Positions 20,957 to 36,295 of a DNA stretch of 64,000 nt are shown here, one piece after another. Every line of letters starts with the position of its first letter. Within the stretch, counting starts at the first letter, position 1. The notes below the pieces were generated by a model. The model was not told the DNA's origin. It searched no databases and was given only the letters and a program-made list of their open reading frames with translations. The DNA comes from Spirochaetia bacterium (GTDB lineage Bacteria; Spirochaetota; Spirochaetia; CADAEX01), in the NCBI GenBank assembly GCA_963662795.1, contig OY759746.1:384001-448000 (forward strand), written 5' to 3'. Position numbers and translations under genes: made by a program.

Positions 20957-23470
20957 ATGAATATTCTTATTGTTGATGACAATGAAGAGAACAGATACCT
21001 TCTTGAAATATTACTCAAGGGTAACGGATATATTGTTCATTCTGCTGAAAATGGTGAGGAAGCTCTAAAACTGATGGAGCTAAATAATTTTAATATGATA
21101 ATAAGTGATATTCTTATGCCAGTCATGGATGGTTTTCAACTTTGCCGTAAAATAAAATCAGATAATAGATTTCAGTCAATTATAATTATTGTTTATACTG
21201 CTACTTATACCGGAGCCAAGGATGAAGAGTTTGCTCTTCAGTTAGGTGCTAATCGATTTGTTCAGAAACCTTGTGAACCAGATATATTATTGCAGATCAT
21301 TCAAGAACTGTTTAATGAATCCGAATCTACGAATAATAGTAACTTAAGTACTTCAATACAAATTGAAGAGGAAGAAATTCTCAAACTATATAATGAGCGC
21401 TTGGTAAGAAAACTTGAGCAGAAAATGATTCAAGCAGAAAATGAGATAATCGCCCGTCAAAAAGCAGAAGAATCTCTGAAATTGAGTAACAGCAGATTAA
21501 ACATGGCCCTTGCTTCTTCTAAAACAGGTTTATGGGACTTGAATCTGCAGACGAATGAAATGTGGTTTTCAAAAGAGTGGAAGGAGCAATTAGGTTATCT
21601 GGATGAAGAAATTCCAAACCGCGTAGGAGAATGGGAAAAACGAATTCATCCGGATGAAAAGGAACGGATTCTCAATAAAGTGAATAATTTTATTTCAGGA
21701 CAGGATAATGATTATGAGTCCGAGTTTAGGCTTCTTCATAAAGACGGTTCATATCGATGGTTTGTTGCTCGCGGAGCAATAATTACAGAAAATAATGTAA
21801 GACGTTTTCTTGGAAGTCATGTAGATATTACCGAGAAAAAAAACACTGAAAACAAACTACTCTCAAGTCTTACAGAATTGGCTGTGATACATGAAAATGC
21901 CCCGGTTCCATTAATTATTTTTGATCCTGAAATGAAAATACAGAAAGTCAATAAGGCAGCTGCCAGATTAATAGGAAGAGATGAAAAAAGTATTTTCAGA
22001 TTATCATGCGGAGAAGGCTTGGGGTGTATTCACTCATCCAAAACACTTGAGGGCTGTGGGCTATCACCGGAATGTTCTAGCTGTCAGTTGCGCTCTATAA
22101 TCACCCAGACTTTTAAAGATGGGAAAAGCCGATTCGACCAGGAAATATTCCTACCTTTTATTTCAGAAGAAACTTCTATCGAAAAGTGTTTAATGGTATC
22201 CAGTTCATTTTTAAAAATTGATAATAAGGACAGGGTTTTAGCTTCTCTTCAGGATATTACAGAGACTAAACGCATAGAAAAAAATCGTAAGGAACTAGAA
22301 GCTCAACTATACCAGGCTCAAAAAATGGAATCAGTTGGTTTACTGGCAGGCGGGGTTGCACATGATTTCAACAATCTTTTAACTGTCATTTTAAACTATT
22401 CAGAATTATTGATGCTCGATATTGACAAAGAGCATCCGATTTATTCTCCTCTAGAGGCTATTGGACAAGCTGCTTTAAGAGCTGCAGAACTAACTCGTCA
22501 GCTTTTAGCTTTTAGCCGTAAACAGATTCTTGATGTGAAAATTATCGATTTAAACAACATTATCATTGGTTTTGAAAAACTACTCCGTCGGCTTCTCCGA
22601 GAAGATATTGAAGTATACTTTAATCTCTCAGAAGAATCTCTTCCCATAAAAGCTGATGTTGCACAAATTGAACAAGTTTTAATGAATCTTGCAGTCAACG
22701 CGAGAGATGCAATGCCTGACGGAGGTAAATTAACAGTCGAAACTTTTTTCTCAGAAGTTGATAAAACTTTTTTGGAGAAGAAACATGGCATATACCCCGG
22801 CAATTACGCAATGCTGAGTGTAAACGATTCAGGGTGTGGTATGAGTAAAGAAATAATGGAACATATTTTTGAACCGTTTTTTACAACAAAAGAAACGGGA
22901 AAGGGAACTGGACTTGGTCTTGCAACTAGCTATGGAATAGTCAAACAGCACGGAGGATTTATTTGGGTATATTCTGAATCTTGTAAAGGAACAACATTTA
23001 AAGTTTATCTGCCCATATGTGATGAGAAACCCCAAATTAACATTAAACCTTTAAAACATCAAACTAATATTGCTTCTAATAATACTATTATGATTGTTGA
23101 AGATGATGTAAATGTACTGGAACTTATAAATCAGATTCTTTCAAAACAAGGCTTTAAAATTGTAATTAAATCGTCAAACACAGAAGAATCAATCATTATG
23201 GCTGAAAATTTCCATGATCCTATTAATTTATTGATATCTGATTTGATTATGCCCGGATTAAATGGTCCTGATATATTTAAAAAAATATATAAATATCATC
23301 CTGAGATAAAAGTATTATTCATGTCAGGATATACCCAGGAAGTAATTAGCACACAAATAGAAGATCATGTAGAATTTGATTTTATACAAAAACCATTTAC
23401 AGCAAATGGACTTATTAAAAAGATATCAGATATCATAGGTGTCCAAAACAATCATAACAGCTCCAGTTGA
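20957..23470 (+). CDS. Hybrid kinase REC-PAS-PAS-HisKA-HATPase-REC; last codons replaced by IS4 sequence
   Basis: [48 protein letters not shown]. Confidence 0.93.
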   Translation: MNILIVDDNEENRYLLEILLKGNGYIVHSAENGEEALKLMELNNFNMIISDILMPVMDGFQLCRKIKSDNRFQSIIIIVYTATYTGAKDEEFALQLGANRFVQKPCEPDILLQIIQELFNESESTNNSNLSTSIQIEEEEILKLYNERLVRKLEQKMIQAENEIIARQKAEESLKLSNSRLNMALASSKTGLWDLNLQTNEMWFSKEWKEQLGYLDEEIPNRVGEWEKRIHPDEKERILNKVNNFISGQDNDYESEFRLLHKDGSYRWFVARGAIITENNVRRFLGSHVDITEKKNTENKLLSSLTELAVIHENAPVPLIIFDPEMKIQKVNKAAARLIGRDEKSIFRLSCGEGLGCIHSSKTLEGCGLSPECSSCQLRSIITQTFKDGKSRFDQEIFLPFISEETSIEKCLMVSSSFLKIDNKDRVLASLQDITETKRIEKNRKELEAQLYQAQKMESVGLLAGGVAHDFNNLLTVILNYSELLMLDIDKEHPIYSPLEAIGQAALRAAELTRQLLAFSRKQILDVKIIDLNNIIIGFEKLLRRLLREDIEVYFNLSEESLPIKADVAQIEQVLMNLAVNARDAMPDGGKLTVETFFSEVDKTFLEKKHGIYPGNYAMLSVNDSGCGMSKEIMEHIFEPFFTTKETGKGTGLGLATSYGIVKQHGGFIWVYSESCKGTTFKVYLPICDEKPQINIKPLKHQTNIASNNTIMIVEDDVNVLELINQILSKQGFKIVIKSSNTEESIIMAENFHDPINLLISDLIMPGLNGPDIFKKIYKYHPEIKVLFMSGYTQEVISTQIEDHVEFDFIQKPFTANGLIKKISDIIGVQNNHNSSS

Positions 23471-24708
23471 AGATTGAAACTAGTTTTTTTAGTCTGTTCT
23501 GAAGGCGGTTTATTGAGAACAGTCCAGATATCTTTTCTTGATGTCAGTATTACAGGAATCAATTTCATCAGTGAAAAATGAGTCCATTTTCTACATGAAA
23601 ACATTTTAAGGAACTGAAGTAACAGAAAAGCAATTAGGGCAATCCAGATTTGTGTCATTACAGCATTTCTGGAAGTACCAAAGAATTTCTTGATCTTGAG
23701 GTTCTGTTTGATAGTTTTAAAAAATATTTCAATCTGCCATCTGTCTTTGTAAACAGCAGCAATTGTTGTTGGAGACCAAAGGAAATTATTGGTAAGAATT
23801 ACAATATATTTACCGGTTTCAGGATCTCTGCTTCTGATTCGTCTTAATTTTAACGGGCATTTTTTACTGGTGTAAAATCCTTTCATTTCTATGATCTGAT
23901 CAGATGTAATATTTTTAAAGGAGGAGGTATCTTTTCTCTGGACAATTTTATAATCAGCATTCTTTTTTAACCTGGTAACAAAATAAATACCGGTATTACA
24001 ATAATTTGCGAATAATTTAAAGTCAGTATAACCACGATCAAACGTGATGACATCGCCTTTGTTGAAAGCCATTTTTTTCAAGGAATTGACTTCATGTGTT
24101 TTTGCAGTTGTAACTGATACAAAAGCTGGAATATATCCACTATGGTCAAGTTTTACATTAAGTTTTATTCCGCCTTTATATTTTCTGAAATTTGCCCATG
24201 GAAAGAGATTTAAACACAAGTCAATAGTTGATGCATCAACACTGTAAAGAGGATTTTTAAATTTATGTTTATGCGCTCTCTTCATGGATAATATCTTATC
24301 AAGAAGATCAGTGAAAACATTTTCATAAACTTCACAGCTTCTATTATTATTTGCGTAAGATAATGTAGAGCGTTTTACCTTTTTTACACCCATATGATAA
24401 AGGTGGTTACTGATTGATTCAAAAGAGTTTTCAATGCCTCTTAACCCGGTCTGTCCTGAAAGTTGTGCAAAGAGCATGGAGACAAAATGCTGCCAACAGG
24501 TAAAACCTTTGGAAGCAAAGTCCCCTTTATGTTTTTTTACAGATTTTTCAAATTCATGTCTCGGAATTATTTGTAGAATTTGTTTTAAAATGGTATTATT
24601 GTAACTCATTGCCTGATTTCCTTTTCCTGTAAAGAATTAGCCGTCCAAGCTTAATTCATTATAGTTGGGATTTCAGGCAATTAATAGTCCTTGTTTTGGA
24701 CACCTATG
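23434..24708 (-). mobile_element. IS4-family element, apparently intact
   Basis: Perfect IR CATAGGTGTCCAAAACAA at both ends; 9-bp target duplication ATCAGATAT. Confidence 0.95.
23452..24609 (-). CDS. IS4-family DDE transposase
   Basis: VDASTI, FDRGY and YKDRWQIEIFFK (YREK motif). Confidence 0.95.
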   Translation of the reverse strand: MSYNNTILKQILQIIPRHEFEKSVKKHKGDFASKGFTCWQHFVSMLFAQLSGQTGLRGIENSFESISNHLYHMGVKKVKRSTLSYANNNRSCEVYENVFTDLLDKILSMKRAHKHKFKNPLYSVDASTIDLCLNLFPWANFRKYKGGIKLNVKLDHSGYIPAFVSVTTAKTHEVNSLKKMAFNKGDVITFDRGYTDFKLFANYCNTGIYFVTRLKKNADYKIVQRKDTSSFKNITSDQIIEMKGFYTSKKCPLKLRRIRSRDPETGKYIVILTNNFLWSPTTIAAVYKDRWQIEIFFKTIKQNLKIKKFFGTSRNAVMTQIWIALIAFLLLQFLKMFSCRKWTHFSLMKLIPVILTSRKDIWTVLNKPPSEQTKKTSFNLQLELL

Positions 24709-24777
24709 ATCAGATATATTAAGTAGATAATATTTATTAGATCACTATTGATGAAAATATTGGAATATATATTGAAT

Positions 24778-25704
24778 CACAGCGGGCCAAAATAATCATA
24801 GCAATACTAACTGACCAGGAATTTCCCTTTGAATTGAATCACGTTCCAAAGGTTCATTTAACCAAAGCCAAAGATCTTTCCTTGAAAATAGAACTGTCGG
24901 AAGCAGAGATGCTAAGCTGTATATTGTCCATCCTAATGTAGATAAAAATCTCATATAGCTCAGTAACAAGTAGGTAATGAGTGCAGATGCAATTTGGATC
25001 ATTAGAGCATTTCTGGAAGTGCCCACAAAGCTTTTTATTTTCAGTTTTTGTTTCATTGCCTGAAAAAATATTTCAATCTGCCATCGATCTTTATAAATAG
25101 CACCAACGATATCAGGAGGCCATTCAAAATTATTTGTCAAAATAACAATATATTTACCGGATTCCGAATCTTTTATCCTGATCCTTCGTAGTTTCAGAGA
25201 ACACTTTTTAATTGAGTAAAAACCGGTAAAACTGATTATCTGATCAGATGCAACATCTTTAAAATCTTTCACTTTTTTTCTTTCAAGTATTCTATACTTT
25301 GCATTTTTCTTTAGTCTCGTGACAAAGTAAGTACCTTTAGTACAAAGACTTGCAAAGAAGGAGTAATCATTGTAACCACGATCAAAGGTTACTACATCTC
25401 CTTTTTTGAAAGGTATTTCGGAAACTGCAGTTAGATCATTAGCCTTTGCATCAGAGAGAACAGCAAATACAGGAATATATCCTGTATGATCAAACTTCAC
25501 ATGTAATTTAATTCCACCTTTGGTCTTTCTAAACTTTGCCCAGTTGAATACAGAAAGACATAAATCTATAGTTGTGGAATCAATACTGTAGAGTGGATTC
25601 TTGAACTTGAATTTATGCCTGGGTGCTGCGGGCAGTATTTTATTCAGGAGAAAATAGAAAATATCTCCGAACATTTTGGAGCTTCTGTTTTTATTAGCAT
25701 ATGT
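24778..25704 (-). mobile_element. Second IS4-family element, 5'-truncated at the IS30 boundary
   Basis: Paralog of the 23452 transposase (IDSTTI, FDRGY, YKDRWQIE) lacking ~80 N-terminal residues; one IR-like end CACAGCGGGCCAAAATAA. Confidence 0.88.
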
Positions 25705-27991
25705 GCACATAAATTCCTAGCGCAAATTGGCAATAGCTTCTTTAGGTGTTATGAAGTCAAGAGTTTTTCTTGGCCTTTCATTCAATAGCCTTGCTACTCG
25801 TGATACATCATACTGCGAAAGCTTTCTGAAATCATCTACTTCATCAAGCATATCACGAATCAAGCCATTTGTGTTTTCACATGTTCCCTTTTCCCAGGGA
25901 GATGCCGGATGGCAAAAGTATACATCAATATTAAGATTTTCTTTGAGTTTTTTGAACTCACTGTTCTCTTTACCCTGATCAAGAGTCAGAGATTTTCTTA
26001 GAAGAGGAGATATCTTCTTAAACCTTTTCTCTATTGTTTTTCTTACTGTATTTGCATCATATGTTTTTAACAGATCAAGCTGGATAAACCTAGTTTTACG
26101 TTCAACTATTACGCAGATTGCTGATTTATGGTCCTTTCCAATGAGAAGATCTCCTTCCCAGTGTCCTGGAACTTTCCGTGAGTTAATTTCAGCAGGCCTT
26201 TCGTCTATAAGGGTAATATCTTTTAATTTACCCCGTTTTTCGTCCTTATTTGCACTCTTTCTTTTCTTTCCTTTGAGTCTTAAATCTTTAAGCGCTAGTT
26301 TTTTAAGCTCTCTGGGCTGTACTGACAATAGTGGACACGAATATTTAAGCTGTCCTCTTTTGATTTGAAAACCATAGCTCCGCATATCGTGCGGGGGCAA
26401 TGTTTCCGAGTCCCGAATGCCTACGAATCCGGTTATAAAATACTTCGATATATTCTTGGATTGCCGCCTTCGCTTCTGCTCTTGTGGCAAATCTTCGATG
26501 ATAAACAAGTTCCCTCTTGAGGAATCCCCAGAAGCTTTCAGTCGGAGCGTTATCATAACAGTTACCTCGGCGTGACATCGATGCCCTCATTCCGGCTGAT
26601 TGTACCGCCTTTTGATATGACAACGCACAATATTGACTTCCACGATCTGAATGATGAATACACCCCGGTTTCGGTTTCCGATAATACAGAGCCTTTCTAA
26701 AGGCTTCGTGCACCAGCTCCTTGGTCATCCGATCTCCCATTGCATGTCCGATGATTTCACGTGATCCGAAATCTTTGACACCTGCGAGGTAGAGCCATCC
26801 CTCACCGGTAGAAATATAGGTAATGTCGGGTTCCATACACGACTCCTGGTTCCATTACGCTGAAGTCCTGCTCCAAAAGATTTGGCGCGACCGGAAGATT
26901 ATGGTTAGAATTGGTGGTTGCGATAAACTTCTTATTCTGTATGCATTTGATCCCCATTTCCTTGCGAAGTCGGGCAATTTTATCACGCCCTATAATTACA
27001 CCATTGTCTGCCAGTTCACTCTGTATACGACGAGGACCATAGGTCTTGCGACTGAACTCATGCACAGCCCTGACAAGAGGTTTTATTTTTTCATCATTAT
27101 TTTTCCGAGCTGACGGAGACCGACGCAGCCAGGCATAGAAACCACTTCTGGATACCGTGAGAACTCGTGCCATCAGTTTTACTGGATAATTTGACCGCTC
27201 TTTTTTCATGAACGCGTACCGGGCAGCGATTCCTTGGCAAAGTACGCGGTGGCTTTTTTTAAGATTTCCCGCTCCATACGGGCTTCTGCCAATTCCTTTC
27301 TTAATCGATTATTTTCAGCAATTAGCTCAGCGTTGGATCGCTCACCGGGTAATGCTGGTATCTTTCCTAACTTTGCAATTGCCAGCCAGTTCCCGATAGT
27401 ACCCTTTGGGATCATTAATTGCCTGGCGGCTTCCTCACGCGAGAGCCCTTGTTCGATAACCATTTTTACGGCCTCGGCTTTCAGTTCTTCACTGTAAGAC
27501 CTGTTCTCTTTCATCGCTACCTTTCCTCTGGTTAGCTTAACATACCGTGTCCATCAAAGTCAGTATAGTTCACTCCCCTCATGTGGAAATGGACATAGTT
27601 ATAAATTGTTTTATCACTCACTTTATCTGAAGGATAATTTATTTCCAGCCATTTGGCAATTTGCTGTGGGGACCACCGGAGTTGGAGTTTGGGTTTTATA
27701 AGCTGCCATGACTTGTTGTCTATTTTTAATTTGGGGCTCTGATTTTTTCTTTGCCTTAAATGCTCATACTCTGCAATTAAAGGATTGTAATATCCTTCAT
27801 CAGTACCGCGTTTTATTTCTCTTGTAATACTTGAAGCTCTTCGGCCAAGATTACTTGCTATTTGTGATAGCTTTAATCTTTTGGTGTAAATCATCTGAAA
27901 AATGGCCATTCTTTCATTGAGATTCATTCTTTTGTAACTCACTTAAAACTCCTGTCACAATATTAGTTTATTGCGCTAGGAATTTCTGGCC
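25705..27991 (-). mobile_element. IS30-family element interrupted by an IS3 element
   Basis: IRs ..AAATTCCTAGCGCAA at both ends; transposase halves 27573-27942 (HTH, WSPQQI) and 25717-26312 (GHWEGD, DQGKE, WEKGTCENTNG). Confidence 0.92.
26313..27572 (-). mobile_element. IS3-family element (orfA 27206-27514; orfB 26345-27209 with a frameshift near 26830)
   Basis: IRs TGAACTATACTGAC..GGACAC / TGGGCTGTACTGAC..GGACAC; 3-bp duplication CTC; DITY, HSDRGSQY, DNAPTES. Confidence 0.93.
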
Positions 27992-28030
27992 GTCTTATAA
28001 TTTTAAATAATTTGAATTAAAAAACATCCT

Positions 28031-28062
28031 TTGACTGTATATAACAAGTGAAAACTGTTATT
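28031..28062 (-). promoter_or_regulatory. Candidate attI / intI promoter region
   Basis: Minus-strand ..TTTTCACTT GTTATAT just upstream of intI; inverted repeat ATAACA-N9-TGTTAT; same GTTATAT core as the attC sites at 46.8-47.4 kb. Confidence 0.35.
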
Positions 28063-28088
28063 CCACCAAGGATGTAAGAAATAACAAG

Positions 28089-29359
28089 GTGAGAAATATT
28101 GATTTATCTGATTTTTTAATTAATCAGGGACAAGTCCCTGAGGATAAGACAGTTCATTGTTTAAGATGGATATCTATATATAATAATTTTATCAAACATT
28201 ATCCGTTAAAGTCAGATAATGATTTTTTTGTTTTTTTGTCAGAGAAGCATCAGGATTGGCAAATCAAACAAGCTGAAAAAGCTATTAATCTATTCAAATT
28301 CTATAAAAAAACAAATGATAAAGAAAATACGTTAAATAATAATTCTTCAATATGGATTGGTGTAGAAAGGAAGATCGCTGAATCCTGTAAAATACAATTT
28401 AAATCATATAGTACCGAAAAAGCATATCTTTACTGGACCCGCTATTTTTACAGACATCTTAACTATAAAGAGCCGGATGAAGTTAATGAGTCAGATGTAA
28501 AGAATTTCCTGACATATCTTGCTGTACAGAAAGGCATAGCAGATTCAACACAGAAACAGGCATTTATTGCTTTGCTATATCTTTTCAGAAACGTACTTTT
28601 TAAGGAAATATCAAACCTGAATGATGTTGTCCGCTCAACTCAGTTCAAAAAACTTCCGGTTGTTCTTTCTAAAATAGAGATTAAATTAATTATCAATAAA
28701 CTCCCTGGTATTTATAAAACTATGGCAATGATAATTTATGGAGGAGGATTAAGACTAACAGAATGTTTATCATTAAGAATACAGGATATTGATTTTGAGA
28801 GACAATGTATTACTATAAAATCCGCCAAAGGGAAAAAAGACAGGCAGACTTTACTTCCTTCAGCTGTTATTCCTGTTTTAAAGAAGCATTTATCTGATAT
28901 TGAAAATATTATGATAAGGACAGATATAATAAAATTGCCGGTGTTCAATTACCATATGCGCTTGAAAAAAAATACCCAAATGCCGGTAAGGAATGGGGAT
29001 GGTTTTGGGTTTTTCCATCAGAAAGATTATCATGCGATCCGAGAGAAAATATAATCAGAAGATACCATCTTTATCCTACAACGCTTCAGAAAAAATTTCA
29101 TAGTTCGGTATTATCCGCCAATATTAATAAAAATGCGTCGATTCATACATTAAGACATAGTTTTGCGACTCATCTGATTGAAAGCGGCTATGATATCCGT
29201 ACAGTCTAGGAATTGCTGGGACATTCAGACATAAGAACAACTATGATTTACACTCACATTGCTAAAAAAAATGTCCTTGGAGTTATCAGCCCTGTGGATG
29301 AAATTATTACTTACTGGTTTTTTAGTTTTAGAAATAGATTAAAACTATTAATCTGCTGA
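28089..29359 (+). pseudogene. intI: Integron integrase IntI, frameshifted and with a nonsense codon
   Basis: YGGGLRLTE and KGKKDR, then in a shifted frame the integron-specific insert GVQLPYALEKKYPNAGKEWGWFWVFPS, HTLRHSFATH, LGHSD, TMIYTH, GVISPVD; one A missing near 28905; TAG at 29207. Confidence 0.92.
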
Positions 29360-29417
29360 TATTGAATAACTTAATTTAAAACTATTGTTTTATTTTTTTA
29401 CATTTTAAAGAACAAAT

Positions 29418-29450
29418 AAAAAAGCCCCCATCAGGGTTGATGGGGGACTT
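29418..29450 (-). terminator. Intrinsic terminator (second terminator downstream of rrn)
   Basis: CCCCCATCA/TGATGGGGG stem followed by a T-run on the minus strand. Confidence 0.7.
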
Positions 29451-29557
29451 AATTGCTGTGTATTTTCATCCCGCAAACGGGAACACCATGAACTCGCAGC
29501 CTATCGGCTTCCATGCCTCGTCTGCTGTCCCCGTTTACGTGGGTTTTTTCCTCCATG

Positions 29558-29595
29558 AAAAAAAAACCTGGAATGCCCGTAACGGGATAGCCAGG
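29558..29595 (-). terminator. Intrinsic terminator of the rRNA operon
   Basis: CCTGG..CCCG/CGGG..CCAGG stem plus T9 on the minus strand, ~70 bp after 5S. Confidence 0.75.
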
Positions 29596-29664
29596 TTTAC
29601 ATTTCTTTTCAAGTAAAATATTCAGCACAGTCATTCAAATCAGCAGTGTAAATAAATAAAAAAA

Positions 29665-29776
<112 letters not shown>

Positions 29777-29863
29777 TTAATTTAATTTTTTATTTCACCA
29801 CAGTTATCAGGTGAAAACCTGATAACTCCAGCAAAATATATATTAAAAGAAGGGTTAAATAAT

Positions 29864-32869
<3,006 letters not shown>

Positions 32870-33021
32870 ACTTTTTAACCCTTCTCTATATTCTCCGTAC
32901 TACTTTTCTTTCATACAGGAATCTTCTTTTTAAAGACCGAAGCCATTGATGGCGTAGGTGCAGGATTTTTATCCCGTTTACCGGGATTTCCACGGATGGT
33001 TAAATCCTGCCTGATTTTCTC

Positions 33022-33095
33022 TGGAGGCACAGGGACTCGAACCCTGGACCCTCGGCTTGCAAAGCCGATGCTCTAGCCAACTGAGCTATGCCCCC
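33022..33095 (-). tRNA. tRNA-Ala (TGC) in the 16S-23S spacer
   Basis: GGGGGCATAGCTCAGTTGG..TTTGCAA..GGTTCGAGTCC..GCCTCCA; G3:U70 pair; CCA not encoded. Confidence 0.97.
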
Positions 33096-33297
33096 TAGTC
33101 GGGGACAATCCCCTGTGACAGAGGGTAAACCCCATCGTATGCCAAGTATTTTATATTCAACATACATATATTAAAAAAAGAGGGAGACCTGAAGCTTAAA
33201 TGGGCCGCCTTACCTTAATTTCCTGTGATTGCTCACATTCAATTTAATAAGGACTTTATTTTACCCTGCTTAAAAAAGCAGAGCTTTATACCTTTCT

Positions 33298-34847
<1,550 letters not shown>

Positions 34848-35051
34848 TTATTCCATCAAGCCTAAGCTTGATAGTTTCTAATTTCGTTTCTCTCCCAGCT
34901 TCACTCTTACAAAAAAATGAAACTGTCAAAAATTACTTCTTGACCCGCTTCAGGTCCCTTCTCTTCTTCTTTTAAAGAACATACCATTCATCCTGTAATG
35001 CAGGGTAAATGGTTTTCCACCCTAGCAACTTATGTGCCAAAATGCTCAATA

Positions 35052-35080
35052 TTTGTAGCAGAAATTGATTTTTATGTCAA
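35052..35080 (-). promoter_or_regulatory. rrn proximal sigma70-type promoter
   Basis: TTGACA-N17-TACAAA; boxA-like GTTCTTTAAAA downstream near 34975. Confidence 0.55.
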
Positions 35081-35292
35081 TCAGTTCCTGTTATTTTTTG
35101 ATAAATGCATATTGGACTGTTTTTTGTTTTATCTCATTCAATAAATAAGATAAAACACATTTTCCAATATTTTTACAGACAAAAAAATCCCGACATTTTT
35201 ACCAGTTCGAGATTGTTTTTTTCTTTGGAACTATAAGCAATTTGAAAGGCTTGACAATTCCCATCCCACTGCAGAATCATTCTGCGCTATGA

Positions 35293-35321
35293 ACACTATC
35301 TTTTTATCGGTTTTATGTCAA
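35293..35321 (-). promoter_or_regulatory. rrn distal sigma70-type promoter
   Basis: TTGACA-N17-TAGTGT with an AT-rich upstream element. Confidence 0.55.
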
Positions 35322-35460
35322 TAATAATTTATATCTTTTAACTCCAATTTATAATAAATGAACAACTATTTCAAATTATTTTACTTTACACTTTTAAGTG
35401 AAAGCACTGTAATTAAACAGATATAACAATGTCTCTTCAGGTTAAAACCATATTGCCCGG

Positions 35461-35694
35461 TCAGTCCTGCTTATCAGTTTTCACGTTCTTTTTTTTTCTA
35501 AAAACAGAAAGACTTTTTACCATATATCCGGCAGAGAATCCGACAAAAAGAAGCGCAAATATCAAAATGATAAGCGGAACTTCTATAGTATAAAAAAAGA
35601 TTACAAACGAAACCGGCTGAAGGTTCATCATTGAAATTATTGTAATAAGAACTACAAACGCAATTATCAGAAAATTAACTATTTTTCTAATCAA
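35461..35694 (-). CDS. Small membrane protein, LapA/DUF1049-like
   Basis: Two hydrophobic segments, N.QPV.F.F..EVPLIILIF, basic tail; TTG start with RBS GAGG. Confidence 0.7.
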   Translation of the reverse strand: MIRKIVNFLIIAFVVLITIISMMNLQPVSFVIFFYTIEVPLIILIFALLFVGFSAGYMVKSLSVFRKKKNVKTDKQD

Positions 35695-35787
35695 TTTATT
35701 TCCTCTTTGCTGATAATTTATTATTGATCAGCACTATAATTATCGCTTATTTTTTCCTGAATTTCTATTGGAATTTTTACTTAATAA

Positions 35788-36294
35788 TCAGGATTTTTCT
35801 TTCAATCTGTTTCTGAATATTTCTTTTATACCTCCTGATTCAAGAATATTTAAAACATAATCTGAAAGTTTTTCCGTCTGCAAGGTTTTCCCTGTTGTTG
35901 TATTTATTATTTTTCCTGATTTAATGTCAGCTGTCAGCTGATCGCCATTTTTAACCGCTGAAGAAATGCCTCTGCATACTAAAAGCGGCAATGCAAGATT
36001 AATGGCATTCCGATAAAATATTCTGGAGAATGATTCGGCAATTACAAGACTGATTCCAGCACTTTGAATTGTAATGGCGGCATGTTCCCTGCTTGATCCA
36101 CACCCGAAATTAGGTCCGGCCACAATGATATCGCCCGGGTTAATTTTCATTACAAAATCAGGATCAGCCCCCTCAAGACAATGAAGAGCAATTTCTTCAG
36201 GTTTAACAAGCTCAAGATATTGACCGGGATAGATTTCGTCTGTTGATACATCTTTTCCTAATAAAAATGCTGTACCTTGAAATTCTGCTTTCAT
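35788..36294 (-). CDS. leuD: Aconitase-family (LeuD/HacB/DmdB-like) dehydratase small subunit
   Basis: DVSTDEIYPG, NFGCGSSREHA, SFSRIFYRNAIN; likely start at ATG 36294. Confidence 0.88.
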   Translation of the reverse strand: MKAEFQGTAFLLGKDVSTDEIYPGQYLELVKPEEIALHCLEGADPDFVMKINPGDIIVAGPNFGCGSSREHAAITIQSAGISLVIAESFSRIFYRNAINLALPLLVCRGISSAVKNGDQLTADIKSGKIINTTTGKTLQTEKLSDYVLNILESGGIKEIFRNRLKEKS

Positions 36295-36295
36295 T

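Noticed and set aside
26313-26556. N-terminus of the 279-aa ORF 25717..26556
   Set aside because: Read-through from the inserted IS3 sequence, not part of the IS30 transposase
29470-29495. Fluoride riboswitch-like ATGGTGTTC on the minus strand
   Set aside because: Lacks the flanking pairing and there is no downstream gene
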